Made by a program: the position numbers and the translations under genes. Of a stretch of DNA of 64,000 nucleotides, positions 53,744 to 62,666 are shown piece after piece; positions within the stretch are counted from its first letter, which is position 1; each line of letters opens with the position of its first letter. The stretch covers positions 10,041-74,040 of the forward strand of contig JBDRHA010000006.1 of NCBI GenBank assembly GCA_043817235.1. The letters are read 5' to 3'. The stretch is from Candidatus Shapirobacteria bacterium. Its GTDB lineage: Bacteria; Patescibacteriota; Microgenomatia; UBA12405; BS750m-G30. The notes beneath the pieces were generated by a model that did no database searches, was not told where the DNA came from, and saw nothing but the letters and a program-made list of their open reading frames with translations.

Positions 53744-56215
53744 TTGATATACTGGAAAAAAGTGAAGTTTATAATAAATAAAGAAATATTTAATCGTTGG
53801 CCTGGTTTAAAAATAGGTGTAATTGTCGGTTTAGAAATTGATAATATCAAGGCCAGAAGAAAAAGCCTTGACTTGTTAAGACAAGAAGAGCAAAAACAAA
53901 GAAATAGTTATTCTTTGGAAGACTTAGAAGAGAAAAAAGTTCTTCAAGCCTGGCGCCAGACATATCAGGATTTTGGGGCAAGCTCCAAAAAGTATAGTTC
54001 TTCAATAGAAGCTTTACTAAAAAGAGTTCTTTCAGGCAGTGTTCTTCCAGATATTAATCCCTTGGTAAACTTTTATAATTATCTTTCTTTAAAATACTGC
54101 CTTCCTTTGGGAGGAGAAGACTTAGACAAAATTAAAGGAGATATTTCTCTTGCCTTTGCCGTTGGCGAGGAAAAAGGGCAATATATTGGTTCTGATAAGA
54201 TTGAGGCTGCTCTTCCCGGAGAAGTAATTTATAAAGATGAATTAGGATTTATTTGCCGCCGTTTTAACTGGAGGGAAGCAGATCGGACTAAGTTTACGAC
54301 TCAAACTAAAAATGCAATCTTGATTGCCGAGTACTTACCCGAGGGCGAGTTTTCCCTATTTGATCAAGCAGGAGAAGAATTGGCCAAGATAGTTGAGGAG
54401 GAGCTGGGTGGAAAGACTTTAAAAATTATTTTAGATAAAAAAAATCCCGGTTTTGAGTTTAAGTTTTCTTCGAAAGCGAGCTTGAGAGCAGAAAAAGAAA
54501 AAGTAATTTATACTCCATCGGCGGGGTGGATGGTCGAGGAGAAACTAAAAATCTTGCTTGCCAAAGCAGTAAAAGATATTTGGGGCAAGAAAATTAGTAA
54601 AAAAGAAATTAATATTGAGCACCCGACGATAGCTAATCACGGCGACCTTTCGTCTAATTTAGCTTTAATTTTAGCCAAAGAACTTAAAAAATCTTCCCAA
54701 GAGCTTGGCCAGGAGCTTCTTTCCTATTTTAATAAACAAGAAATTTCCATGATAGAAAAAATTGAATTTGCTTCACCAGGATTTTTAAATTTTTGGTTGA
54801 CTCCCCGATATCTGACTTCCGAAGCAAAAAAAATTTCTAACCAAAAGAGCTTTGAGAAAGAAATGCGGGAACTTGGCAAGGGCAGGACTGTAGTGATTGA
54901 TTATTCGGCCCCGAATATTGCTAAAGCTTTTGGCATTGGCCATTTGCGCTCGACGAACATTGGCCAGGCAATTTACAATCTTTATTCTTTTCTAGGCTGG
55001 AAAACAATTGGCGACAATCACTTGGGCGATTGGGGAACGCAATTTGGCAAGCTGATTGTCGCGATTCAAAAGTGGTGGAGAAAAGATTTGAACAAATTGA
55101 CAATCAATGATTTAGAAAAGCTTTATGTCAAATTCCACAAAAAAGAGAAGCAAGACAAAAGATTAGAAAAGGAAGGCCGGCTTTGGTTTAAGAAATTAGA
55201 AAAGGGGAACAGAGAGGCCAAAAAAATCTGGCAATGCTGTGTAAATATTTCTTTAAAAGAATTTGACCGTGTTTATCAGCTGCTGGAAATAAAGATTGAT
55301 TATGCGTATGGCGAGGCTTTTTATCATTTTAAAGGCTGGATGGAGAAAGTAGAAAAAGATTTGGGGAAAAATAATCTTTTGGAAAAAAGCCAAGGAGCAA
55401 CAGTAATAAAGATTCCCGGTTTTAAAGTGCCTGGGATGATGATTAAATCAGATGGAGCAACTACTTATTTACTGCGAGATATGGCGACCCTGTTTTTTAG
55501 GAAAAAGACTTGGAATCCGGATTTAATTATTTACGAGGTAGGGGCGGATCAAAAATTTCACTTTCGCCAACTTTTCGCCGCCGCTCAAAAGGCCGGTTAC
55601 TTTCAAAAAGAGCAATTAATTCACGTTGCCCATGGTTTAATCCGCTGGAAGCATGCCAAGTTTTCAACACGCAAGGGAGATACGATCCATTTAGAGGATA
55701 TTATAAAAGAGGGGATTAAAAAAGCCGGAAAGCTGGCTGAAAAAAAAGACCGAAAGATTGCCCAAGCAGTAGGGATTGGGGCAATTAAATTTAATGATTT
55801 AAAGCAAGAGCCGGAAAAAGATATTATTTTTGACTGGGATAAACTATTAGCTCTCAATGGCTACAGCGCGCCCTACTTGCAGTATACTTATGCTCGCTGT
55901 GCTTCAGTAGAAAAAAGGGCAGGCAGTAGTAAGCTTACGGTTCAAAGCCAAAAGCTGAATGCCGAAGAAATTAATTTGCTAAGAATTTTTTACCAGTTTC
56001 CCGAAGTGATTTTGGCAGGGGCGAACTTTTTTGCTCCGCACCTGCTGGCCCAGTATTTGTTTAAGCTTGCCCAAAGCTTTAATTTGTTTTACCAAAAAAA
56101 TAGAATTATAGAAGAAGAACCAAATTATTTTAGATTATTTTTAACCAAGACTACCGGGCAAATCTTAAAAACAGGCTTGAGAATTTTGGGTATTCCGGTT
56201 TTAGAAAGGATGTAA
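53744..56215 (+). CDS. argS: arginyl-tRNA synthetase fused to a ~280-aa N-terminal extra domain (B3/4-like)
   Basis: From about residue 290: HPTIANHGDLSSNLALILAK (N-terminal Arg-RS add-1 domain); SAPNIAKAFGIGHLRSTNIGQAIYNLYSFLGWKTIGDNHLGDWGTQFGKL (class I HIGH region); C-terminal DALR anticodon-binding region. Total 823 aa versus about 550-600 for typical bacteria. Confidence 0.9.
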   Translation: MIYWKKVKFIINKEIFNRWPGLKIGVIVGLEIDNIKARRKSLDLLRQEEQKQRNSYSLEDLEEKKVLQAWRQTYQDFGASSKKYSSSIEALLKRVLSGSVLPDINPLVNFYNYLSLKYCLPLGGEDLDKIKGDISLAFAVGEEKGQYIGSDKIEAALPGEVIYKDELGFICRRFNWREADRTKFTTQTKNAILIAEYLPEGEFSLFDQAGEELAKIVEEELGGKTLKIILDKKNPGFEFKFSSKASLRAEKEKVIYTPSAGWMVEEKLKILLAKAVKDIWGKKISKKEINIEHPTIANHGDLSSNLALILAKELKKSSQELGQELLSYFNKQEISMIEKIEFASPGFLNFWLTPRYLTSEAKKISNQKSFEKEMRELGKGRTVVIDYSAPNIAKAFGIGHLRSTNIGQAIYNLYSFLGWKTIGDNHLGDWGTQFGKLIVAIQKWWRKDLNKLTINDLEKLYVKFHKKEKQDKRLEKEGRLWFKKLEKGNREAKKIWQCCVNISLKEFDRVYQLLEIKIDYAYGEAFYHFKGWMEKVEKDLGKNNLLEKSQGATVIKIPGFKVPGMMIKSDGATTYLLRDMATLFFRKKTWNPDLIIYEVGADQKFHFRQLFAAAQKAGYFQKEQLIHVAHGLIRWKHAKFSTRKGDTIHLEDIIKEGIKKAGKLAEKKDRKIAQAVGIGAIKFNDLKQEPEKDIIFDWDKLLALNGYSAPYLQYTYARCASVEKRAGSSKLTVQSQKLNAEEINLLRIFYQFPEVILAGANFFAPHLLAQYLFKLAQSFNLFYQKNRIIEEEPNYFRLFLTKTTGQILKTGLRILGIPVLERM

Positions 56216-56217
56216 AA

Positions 56218-56778
56218 ATGCCGACTAGAGCCGAAAGTAACATAACAAGGACAGAAGAAAAAATTAGCAGGGAAGCCAACTACTTTTTTCGTTTAACTGG
56301 ATCAGAGACGGCCTGTTTTTTACTTGCTTGCGCTAGAGCCTTGGAAGGAAAAAAAAGATTTTGTTTTAATCTTTATTTTTACCCAACCGGCAATGCAAAG
56401 GTAGGGGTTGACAGTGCCGATTTAGCGCGAGAAGGTTTGCGTTGTTGGCGAGATTCCGGATTATCCGAACTTTCAGCGAGCTTTTATGCTAAAAGCTATC
56501 AGCTTTTGTATTGTTTCGCCCAGGTAGTTGCTTCTGGCGAAAAAGTCAGAACATTGACTTCAGGGGATGAAATTACTTTAGAAGTGCTAACCGAAACATA
56601 TCCGGAGCAGAATTTGGCAGGTTTGTTTCGCGGCCTACATTCCGGCAGCAGACATTTAATTGATTCTCAGCCAGAGTTATGCTCAACAAGAGTCATCCTG
56701 GTCGATGTTTGGGAAAACAAGTTTTCTGATGGACAAAGGAATGAATTAAGCGGGATGGCGCCGGGTAATTTATTTTAA
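56218..56778 (+). CDS. hypothetical protein
   Basis: 186-aa ORF 2 nt after the argS stop. Confidence 0.35.
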   Translation: MPTRAESNITRTEEKISREANYFFRLTGSETACFLLACARALEGKKRFCFNLYFYPTGNAKVGVDSADLAREGLRCWRDSGLSELSASFYAKSYQLLYCFAQVVASGEKVRTLTSGDEITLEVLTETYPEQNLAGLFRGLHSGSRHLIDSQPELCSTRVILVDVWENKFSDGQRNELSGMAPGNLF

Positions 56779-57021
56779 CCGTGCAAATAATTCAGAATCT
56801 CTAGTGGTGATAGGTAAGAGGGTAAAAAACATTTTGCGACGTGGAAGTGGTGAAATTACCCCTGGTTTTTAATTCTTTCCTATAGATTAGTGGTTTTTAT
56901 TCTGCTGATAAATTTTGATACATTAATTGCTACTTGACACTTTTCCGTGGTTGTTTTTTACTAAGAAGCTTTCTTTATCTGCCCGATAAGTTTTTAGTGA
57001 GTTTAATATTGTATTAAATCT

Positions 57022-59097
57022 ATGTTCCGCGCCAAAAAAGAAATTAAAATTAAAAAAATCAAAAAAAGGAGTGGAAAAATTGTCCGCTTCGCGCCTTCTA
57101 AGATTGAGCGAGCAATTCATCAGGCTTTTAAAGCTGCTGGCGAGGGTGATAGAAAAAAAGCTAAGCTGCTAACCCAAAAGGTAATCAAAGAACTGGAAAA
57201 ACGCTTTAATTCTACTATTGTTCCTGAGGTGGAACAGGTGCAGGATATTATTGAAGGAATTTTCCAAAGACATAATCTGGAAAAGACGCTTAAGGCTTTT
57301 ACTTTATATCGGGAATTGCACCGCAAACTGCGGGATATTTCATCATTAGTGGACTCCGATGAGCTAATTGAGAAATATTTAGATCATAGCGATTGGCGAG
57401 TAAAAGAAAATGCCAACATGACCTACTCTCTTCAGGGATTAAATAATCATGTGGCAAGCATAATTTCTTCTAACTTCTGGCTGAATAAAATTTATTCTCG
57501 GGATATTCGAAAAGCTCACGCCCAAGCTGATATTCATATTCATGACTTAGCTTCACTTTCTCCTTACTGCACTGGTTGGGATTTAAAAGACCTGCTTATT
57601 AAGGGGTTTGGGGGAGTGCCCGGCAAAGTAAACAGCAAGCCGGCCAAACACTTTGGTGCGGCTTTGGGTCAGCTAGTTAACTTTTTCTACACCATCCAAG
57701 GAGAAGTGGCGGGAGCGGTTGCTGTTTCTAACTTTGATACTTATCTGGCTCCTTTTATTCGCCTTGATAAGCTTAAATATTCCGAAGTTAAGCAGGCAAT
57801 GCAGGAATTTCTTTTTAATATGAATGTGCCTACTCGGGTTGGTTTTCAAAGTCCTTTTACTAATGTTACCTTGGATTTAAGACCGACTAAAACAGTTGGA
57901 GAGGAGGCAGTTATCATCGGCGGTAAGCCGACTAAACACAAATATAAAGAATTTCAAAAAGAAATTGACATCTTTAATCAGGCATTTGCTGAAGTAATGA
58001 TGGAAGGAGACGCGCAAGGCCGGGTTTTTACTTTTCCCATTCCCACTTATTCTATTACCAAGGACTTTGATTGGGATAACCCGAAGCTGGAGCCGGTTTG
58101 GGAGATGACCCGAAGGTATGGCGTGCCCTATTTTTCTAACTTTGTCAATTCGAGCATGGATCCGGATGACGTTAGAAGTATGTGTTGTCGGTTGCGGCTA
58201 GACAATCGGGTTTTAAGAAAACGCGGCGGTCTTTTTGCCGCCAACCCGTTGACAGGCTCTTTGGGAGTAGTGACGATTAATTTATCGCGCATTGGCTACC
58301 TAGCTAAAAAAAGAGGAGGCAGTGAAAAAGACAAAAAAAATCAATTTTTGAAAATCTTAAGACAGATGATGGATCTAGCCAAAGACTCTTTGGTTACCAA
58401 AAGAGAAATGGTAGAGCAATTTACTAAACAGGGTCTTTATCCTTACTGTCGGTTTTACTTGGCTGATATTTATGAGCGCAATAATGTTTATTGGAAAAAC
58501 CACTTTAATACGATTGGTCTAAATGGGATGAATGAAGCCTTGATTAATTTATTGGGAGCATCTATCGCCGATTTTCAAGGAAAGGAATTTGCTTTAGAAA
58601 TAATGAGGTTTATGCAAGATAGAATTTTGGATTATCAAAAAGATACTGGAGAAATGTTTAATTTAGAGGCCACCCCGGCTGAAGGAACAAGCTACCGCTT
58701 TGCTCAAATTGATAAAGCTAAATATCCTAAAATCAAAGCGGCTAACGAGAAAGATGTTCAGAATAAAAATATTCCTCCTTTTTATACAAACTCTACCCAT
58801 CTACCGGTGGATTATACGGATGATATTTTTGAAGCTCTAGATCATCAAGACGATCTTCAGTGCATGTATACCGGCGGAACGGTTTTGCATGGCTTTTTGG
58901 GAGAGAGTCTGCCCGACACAGGGAGTGTCAAAAGTTTGGTAAAGAAAATAGCCCAGAACTATAAACTTCCTTATTTTACCCTTACTCCTACTTTTTCAAT
59001 TTGTCCTACCCATGGTTATCTTAAGGGGGAGTGGAAGTATTGTCCTAAATGCGATGAAGAAATTGGTTATTCTAAAAAAAAGAAAGGAGGTAAATAA
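57022..59097 (+). CDS. nrdD: anaerobic ribonucleoside-triphosphate reductase (class III) catalytic subunit, lacking the glycyl-radical tail
   Basis: N-terminal ATP-cone (KIKKRSGKIVRFAPSKIERAIHQAFKAAG); large barrel domain; C-terminal Zn-ribbon-like CPTH...CPKC. The ORF ends before any RVxGY glycyl-radical motif. Confidence 0.85.
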   Translation: MFRAKKEIKIKKIKKRSGKIVRFAPSKIERAIHQAFKAAGEGDRKKAKLLTQKVIKELEKRFNSTIVPEVEQVQDIIEGIFQRHNLEKTLKAFTLYRELHRKLRDISSLVDSDELIEKYLDHSDWRVKENANMTYSLQGLNNHVASIISSNFWLNKIYSRDIRKAHAQADIHIHDLASLSPYCTGWDLKDLLIKGFGGVPGKVNSKPAKHFGAALGQLVNFFYTIQGEVAGAVAVSNFDTYLAPFIRLDKLKYSEVKQAMQEFLFNMNVPTRVGFQSPFTNVTLDLRPTKTVGEEAVIIGGKPTKHKYKEFQKEIDIFNQAFAEVMMEGDAQGRVFTFPIPTYSITKDFDWDNPKLEPVWEMTRRYGVPYFSNFVNSSMDPDDVRSMCCRLRLDNRVLRKRGGLFAANPLTGSLGVVTINLSRIGYLAKKRGGSEKDKKNQFLKILRQMMDLAKDSLVTKREMVEQFTKQGLYPYCRFYLADIYERNNVYWKNHFNTIGLNGMNEALINLLGASIADFQGKEFALEIMRFMQDRILDYQKDTGEMFNLEATPAEGTSYRFAQIDKAKYPKIKAANEKDVQNKNIPPFYTNSTHLPVDYTDDIFEALDHQDDLQCMYTGGTVLHGFLGESLPDTGSVKSLVKKIAQNYKLPYFTLTPTFSICPTHGYLKGEWKYCPKCDEEIGYSKKKKGGK

Positions 59098-59237
59098 TGA
59101 AAAAAATAAAGAAAAAGGAAAGAACTAAATGCGAAATTTTCTCTCGGATTGTTGGCTATTTACGCCCCATTTCTCAGTGGAATGCCGGAAAAGAAGCAGA
59201 GTATAATAAAAGAGTGACCTATACTATGGCGAAATGA
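59097..59237 (+). CDS. 46-aa ORF encoding the NrdD C-terminal glycyl-radical motif (MKKIKKKERTKCEIFSRIVGYLRPISQWNAGKEAEYNKRVTYTMAK)
   Basis: SRIVGYLRP..WN.GK..E...R matches the class III RNR glycyl-radical tail (RVCGY...W..GK..E). The ATG overlaps the nrdD TAA (TAATG) in the -1 frame. AAAGGAGG lies 7 nt upstream. The stop overlaps the nrdG start. Confidence 0.55.
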   Translation: MKKIKKKERTKCEIFSRIVGYLRPISQWNAGKEAEYNKRVTYTMAK

Positions 59238-59926
59238 AATTAGCGGGCCTGCAAAAAACTACTTTAATTGATTTTCCGGGAATAATTGCCTGTAGCGTTT
59301 TTACCCTAGGATGTAATTTTCGGTGTCCTTTTTGTCATAATAAACAGCTAGTTGACCCAAGTTTTTTTTCTGAATTAAAAATAATCAGCCTTGGCGACTT
59401 CTTTTCTTTTTTAGCAAAAAGAAAAAATATTTTAGATGGAGTTTGTATTACTGGCGGCGAACCTACTCTACATAAGGACCTGGTTTCCTTTATCAGCCGA
59501 ATTAAAGATTTGGGATTTAAAATAAAACTGGATACTAACGGAAGCAACCCAGTAGCAGTAAGTAAGCTTATTAAAAATAATTTGGTTGATTTTTTCGCTC
59601 TTGACTTCAAAACTAGCTGGGAAAACTATCCAAAATTAACTGGCTTTAAAAATACAGAAAAAATTAAAGAATCAATTAGATTAATATTAAAAGCTAAAAA
59701 AAAGCTGCAGATAAGAACAACTCTTGTGCCCAAAATTCATAACCAGAAAGTCTTGCTTGCCATGGCCAAAGAGCTAAAAGAATTTGAGGGCAAATTTACT
59801 TGGAAATGGCAGGACTTTCGGCCGAGAAATACACTTGAGCCTCGATTTAGTAAGCTAAAATCTTATTCGGGTAAAGAAATTAAGGAGTTAACTTTTGCTT
59901 GTCAAAAGATTATTCCGGTCGGGTAA
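59234..59926 (+). CDS. nrdG: anaerobic ribonucleotide reductase activating protein (radical SAM)
   Basis: CNFRCPFCHN is the CxxxCxxC radical-SAM cluster motif. Located immediately after nrdD. Confidence 0.85.
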   Translation: MKLAGLQKTTLIDFPGIIACSVFTLGCNFRCPFCHNKQLVDPSFFSELKIISLGDFFSFLAKRKNILDGVCITGGEPTLHKDLVSFISRIKDLGFKIKLDTNGSNPVAVSKLIKNNLVDFFALDFKTSWENYPKLTGFKNTEKIKESIRLILKAKKKLQIRTTLVPKIHNQKVLLAMAKELKEFEGKFTWKWQDFRPRNTLEPRFSKLKSYSGKEIKELTFACQKIIPVG

Positions 59927-60599
59927 AAAGGCCGAGAATTTTTTTCTTGAACTCCGATCCGTATTCCTTATAAAAGTGATAGGCGGAAGGAAGAAGAGAG
60001 ACAAATATTACTGCCAAAACAAGATAGTGAAAGTATTTATCCGCTCCGGGGAAATATGTGCCAATTAAATAGCCCCCAAAACCCATTGTCAAAACCCATA
60101 AGATTCCGCCGATAACATTAAAAGAGACAAAGCGATCATAGTGCATCTGAGCTACTCCGGCCATAATCGGCACAAAGGTGCGAATAATCGGCATAAATCG
60201 GGCAATGACTATTGCTTTTCCGCCATGAAGTCTATAAAAATCTTCTGCTTTTTCTAAGTGCTTTTTTTTAAAAATTAAAGATTCTTTTTTTTCAAAAAGG
60301 CGGCGGCCCCATTTGTGGCCAATCCAGTAGCCGGCTGTATCGCCGCCAATAGCGCCGATAATTGATAAAATTACCAAGTAATAAATATTTAAATATCCAC
60401 GGGAAGCAAGCAAGCCAGCGGTTAAAAGTAGACTGTCACCCGGGAAAAAGAAACCAAAAAGTAATCCGGATTCGGCAAAAACAATACCAAATATTCCGAC
60501 GTAACCTACAGTTCTGATTAAGCCCTCAATGTCCCAGTGCATGCTTTGAATTGTAATCAAGTTAATAAAATATGTCAATAAATAGCAAGACGAGGTCAT
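59910..60599 (-). CDS. DedA/SNARE-associated (TVP38/TMEM64) family membrane protein
   Basis: FFPGDSLLLTAGLLASRGYLN...GAIGGDTAGYWIGHKWGRRLF is the DedA signature. Confidence 0.8.
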   Translation of the reverse strand: MTSSCYLLTYFINLITIQSMHWDIEGLIRTVGYVGIFGIVFAESGLLFGFFFPGDSLLLTAGLLASRGYLNIYYLVILSIIGAIGGDTAGYWIGHKWGRRLFEKKESLIFKKKHLEKAEDFYRLHGGKAIVIARFMPIIRTFVPIMAGVAQMHYDRFVSFNVIGGILWVLTMGFGGYLIGTYFPGADKYFHYLVLAVIFVSLLPSAYHFYKEYGSEFKKKILGLFTRPE

Positions 60600-60670
60600 T
60601 GCGAGGCAGGAATGAAATGACTAACGAAGTAATCTCCCAACGGGGTTGCTTCACTTGCGTTCGCAATGAC
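60595..60670. repeat. single 76-bp MITE with 10-bp perfect TIRs GTCATTGCGA...TCGCAATGAC
   Basis: gtcattgcgaggcaggaatgaaatgactaacgaagtaatctcccaacggggttgcttcacttgcgttcgcaatgac. Confidence 0.85.
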
Positions 60671-60903
60671 AAAGCGGTTGTCTTTTGGCCTTAATCTGTT
60701 AAAATAGCAAACAATGGCAAAAAAGGGGAATAGGCTAATTCTTGGTTTAGTTTGTTCGGTGTGCAATAGTTTTAATTACATTACCGAGCGTAACAAAATT
60801 AATACCACCGAAAAGCTGAAAATAAGCAAGTACTGCAGAAAGTGCAAAAAGCGGACCGAGCACAAAGAAACGCAGAAATTAAAATAGCTTTAAGTTAACT
60901 TGC

Positions 60904-60977
60904 GGGCCCGTGGCTCAGTTGGCTAGAGCGCCTCGATGGCATCGAGGAGGCCGCCGGTTCAAGTCCGGCCGGGTCCA
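60904..60977 (+). tRNA. tRNA-Ala (anticodon GGC) with G3:U70 identity pair
   Basis: GGGCCCG-TG-GCTC-AGTTGGCTA-GAGC-G-CCTCG-ATGGCAT-CGAGG-AGGCC-GCCGG-TTCAAGT-CCGGC-CGGGTCC-A. Confidence 0.8.
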
Positions 60978-62081
60978 CTAATAATATTTTTTTGCCCAAG
61001 TTTGAACTTCTCTAAATTTATTTTCCTCTATGCTTTTTCTAATCCAGGCCATTAAGCGCATGTAAAAAGTTAGATTATGAATAGTTAATAAACGAGAGGC
61101 GAGCGGCTCTTTGACTCGCAGTAAGTGATGCAAATAAGAGCGGGTATAGGTTTGGCAGGTCAAACAGGGGCAATTTTTATCCAGGGAAGCTTGATCTAAT
61201 CTGTATTGACTCTTTTTTAGATTTAGTTTGCCAGAAAAAGTATAAATAGTGCCATGGCGGGCGTTGCGAGTGGGAATTACGCAGTCAAATAAATCCCAGC
61301 CCATGCTGACGGCTTGAACAATTTGTTTTGGCGGCCCGCCGCCCATTAAATAGCGCAAGCGATTGTTAGGAATAAGTGAAGCAGTGTAAGCTAGAATCTC
61401 GTTATTTTCCGGCGGGCCGCCAAACCCATATCCCGGAAAACAAGAAATTGCTTCCAGCTCTTGAAAATTAATTTTCCGCAGTTTTTTGTTATTTGCTCCC
61501 TGAATAATAGACAGCAGCATTTTATTTTTGCTATTTTTTGATTTTTGAAAAGCTTCTAAGCTTTCTTTAGCCCATTTAGTTGTTAGCTTTACTGACAATT
61601 TGTTGTCTTTTTTGCTGCCTTTGGGAGCAATGGGGTAATCTAGACACATTAAAATATCTGCGCCCAAATTAAGCTGGATTTTAATAGATTCGGCTGGCGT
61701 AAAAAAGTGTTTGGCTCCGGTCAGATGGTCGCGAAATTCCACGCCCATATTTCCGACTCGGCCCATCTTTTTTTGGTAAACCAAAGAGAAAACCTGCCAG
61801 CCGCCGCTGTCGGTAAGCAATGGCCTTGGCCAACCCATAAACTTTTTTAAGCCGCCGGCTTTTTTAATAACTTCAAATCCTGGCCGTAGCCAGAGGTGGT
61901 AGCTATTGCCTAAAATCATTTGCAAGCAGATTTCTTTTAAATCTAAAGCGGATAAGTGCTTAACCGCGCCGTAAGTGGCATCAGGAATAAAGCAGGGAGT
62001 AAAAACTTTTCCCGAAGGGGTATTAATAACCCCAGTTCTGGCTTGGGTTTTGCTGTCGCTTTTCAGAACAGAAAATTTCAT
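60978..62081 (-). CDS. tgt: queuine tRNA-ribosyltransferase
   Basis: MKFSVLKSDSKTQARTGVINTPSGKVFTPCFIPDATYGAVKHL; Zn site CPCLTCQTYTRSYLHHL. The stop abuts the tRNA-Ala 3' end. Confidence 0.95.
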   Translation of the reverse strand: MKFSVLKSDSKTQARTGVINTPSGKVFTPCFIPDATYGAVKHLSALDLKEICLQMILGNSYHLWLRPGFEVIKKAGGLKKFMGWPRPLLTDSGGWQVFSLVYQKKMGRVGNMGVEFRDHLTGAKHFFTPAESIKIQLNLGADILMCLDYPIAPKGSKKDNKLSVKLTTKWAKESLEAFQKSKNSKNKMLLSIIQGANNKKLRKINFQELEAISCFPGYGFGGPPENNEILAYTASLIPNNRLRYLMGGGPPKQIVQAVSMGWDLFDCVIPTRNARHGTIYTFSGKLNLKKSQYRLDQASLDKNCPCLTCQTYTRSYLHHLLRVKEPLASRLLTIHNLTFYMRLMAWIRKSIEENKFREVQTWAKKYY

Positions 62082-62102
62082 GCTCCTATTTTAGCAATAC
62101 TT

Positions 62103-62290
62103 GCCCAACTAGTCATTCCGAGCGAGTCAAGATAGAAAGATCCTTCGGCTATGCTCAGGATGACTATTTAATCTGTCATTCCGAGCGAAGCCCCGCGATT
62201 CGCGGGGCGCAGTCGAGGAATCTTCGGAAAAATCCTTCGATCCCGCCGGTGCGGGGCTCGCAATGACAATAGGTGCGGTATTATTGAGTT
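62103..62290. repeat. MITE-like repeat cluster
   Basis: gtcattccgagcgagtcaagatagaaagatccttcggctatgctcaggatgac, tgtcattccgagcgaagccccgcgattcgcggggcgcagtcgaggaatctt and gatcccgccggtgcggggctcgcaatgaca. Confidence 0.8.
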
Positions 62291-62325
62291 TAAGCGGGGG
62301 AGTAGGATAAAATATAGTAGTCTTT

Positions 62326-62396
62326 TAGGCCCGTGGTGAAATGGCTATCATCAACGTCTCCAACCCCGCAGCTGCGGGGCGAGTCCTGGAAGGGCC
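62326..62396 (+). pseudogene. disrupted copy of tRNA-Trp: the first 38 nt are identical to the intact gene, then a MITE-core palindrome CCCCGCAGCTGCGGGG replaces the middle
   Basis: aggcccgtggtgaaatggctatcatcaacgtctccaa is identical to 62665-62701. It is followed by ccccgcagctgcggggcgagtcctggaagggcc, which keeps only T-loop/acceptor-like remnants. Confidence 0.55.
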
Positions 62397-62408
62397 TTTT
62401 AGATTAAA

Positions 62409-62666
62409 ATGTTTTACGTTTATGTCTTGTTGAGTATAAAAGACAAGAATATTTATACTGGGCTTACCTCTAATTTGCTGGCTAGACTAACCGAACATAA
62501 AGAAGGTTTAGTGAGGTCAACCAGAAGCAGAAGACCGGTAAAATTGATATACTATGAGGCTTATTTATCTAAGGTAGACGCTTTACGCAGAGAAAAATAT
62601 TTAAAATTGGGCGGCAAAGCCAAGACGACTTTAAAAAAACAAATACAAGAATCTTTATTATTTTAG
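62409..62666 (+). CDS. GIY-YIG nuclease superfamily protein (second copy; 85 aa)
   Basis: MFYVYVLLSIKDKNIYTGLTSNLLARLTEHKEG...KLIYYEAYLSKVDALRREKYLK. The TAG stop overlaps the 5' end of tRNA-Trp. Confidence 0.8.
   Translation: MFYVYVLLSIKDKNIYTGLTSNLLARLTEHKEGLVRSTRSRRPVKLIYYEAYLSKVDALRREKYLKLGGKAKTTLKKQIQESLLF

Noticed and set aside
59085-59100. Treating nrdD and the 46-codon ORF as one gene by assuming a sequencing frameshift
   Set aside because: Not adopted as the primary call. A perfect Shine-Dalgarno sequence and TAATG / AAATGA coupled junctions argue for real separate ORFs. The frameshift alternative is stated in the finding and needs read-level data.
436-62290. A CRISPR array as the explanation for the recurring repeats
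   Set aside because: The units are palindromic with terminal inverted repeats, variable in length and dispersed in about 19 separate clusters. There are no regularly spaced unique spacers and no cas genes.
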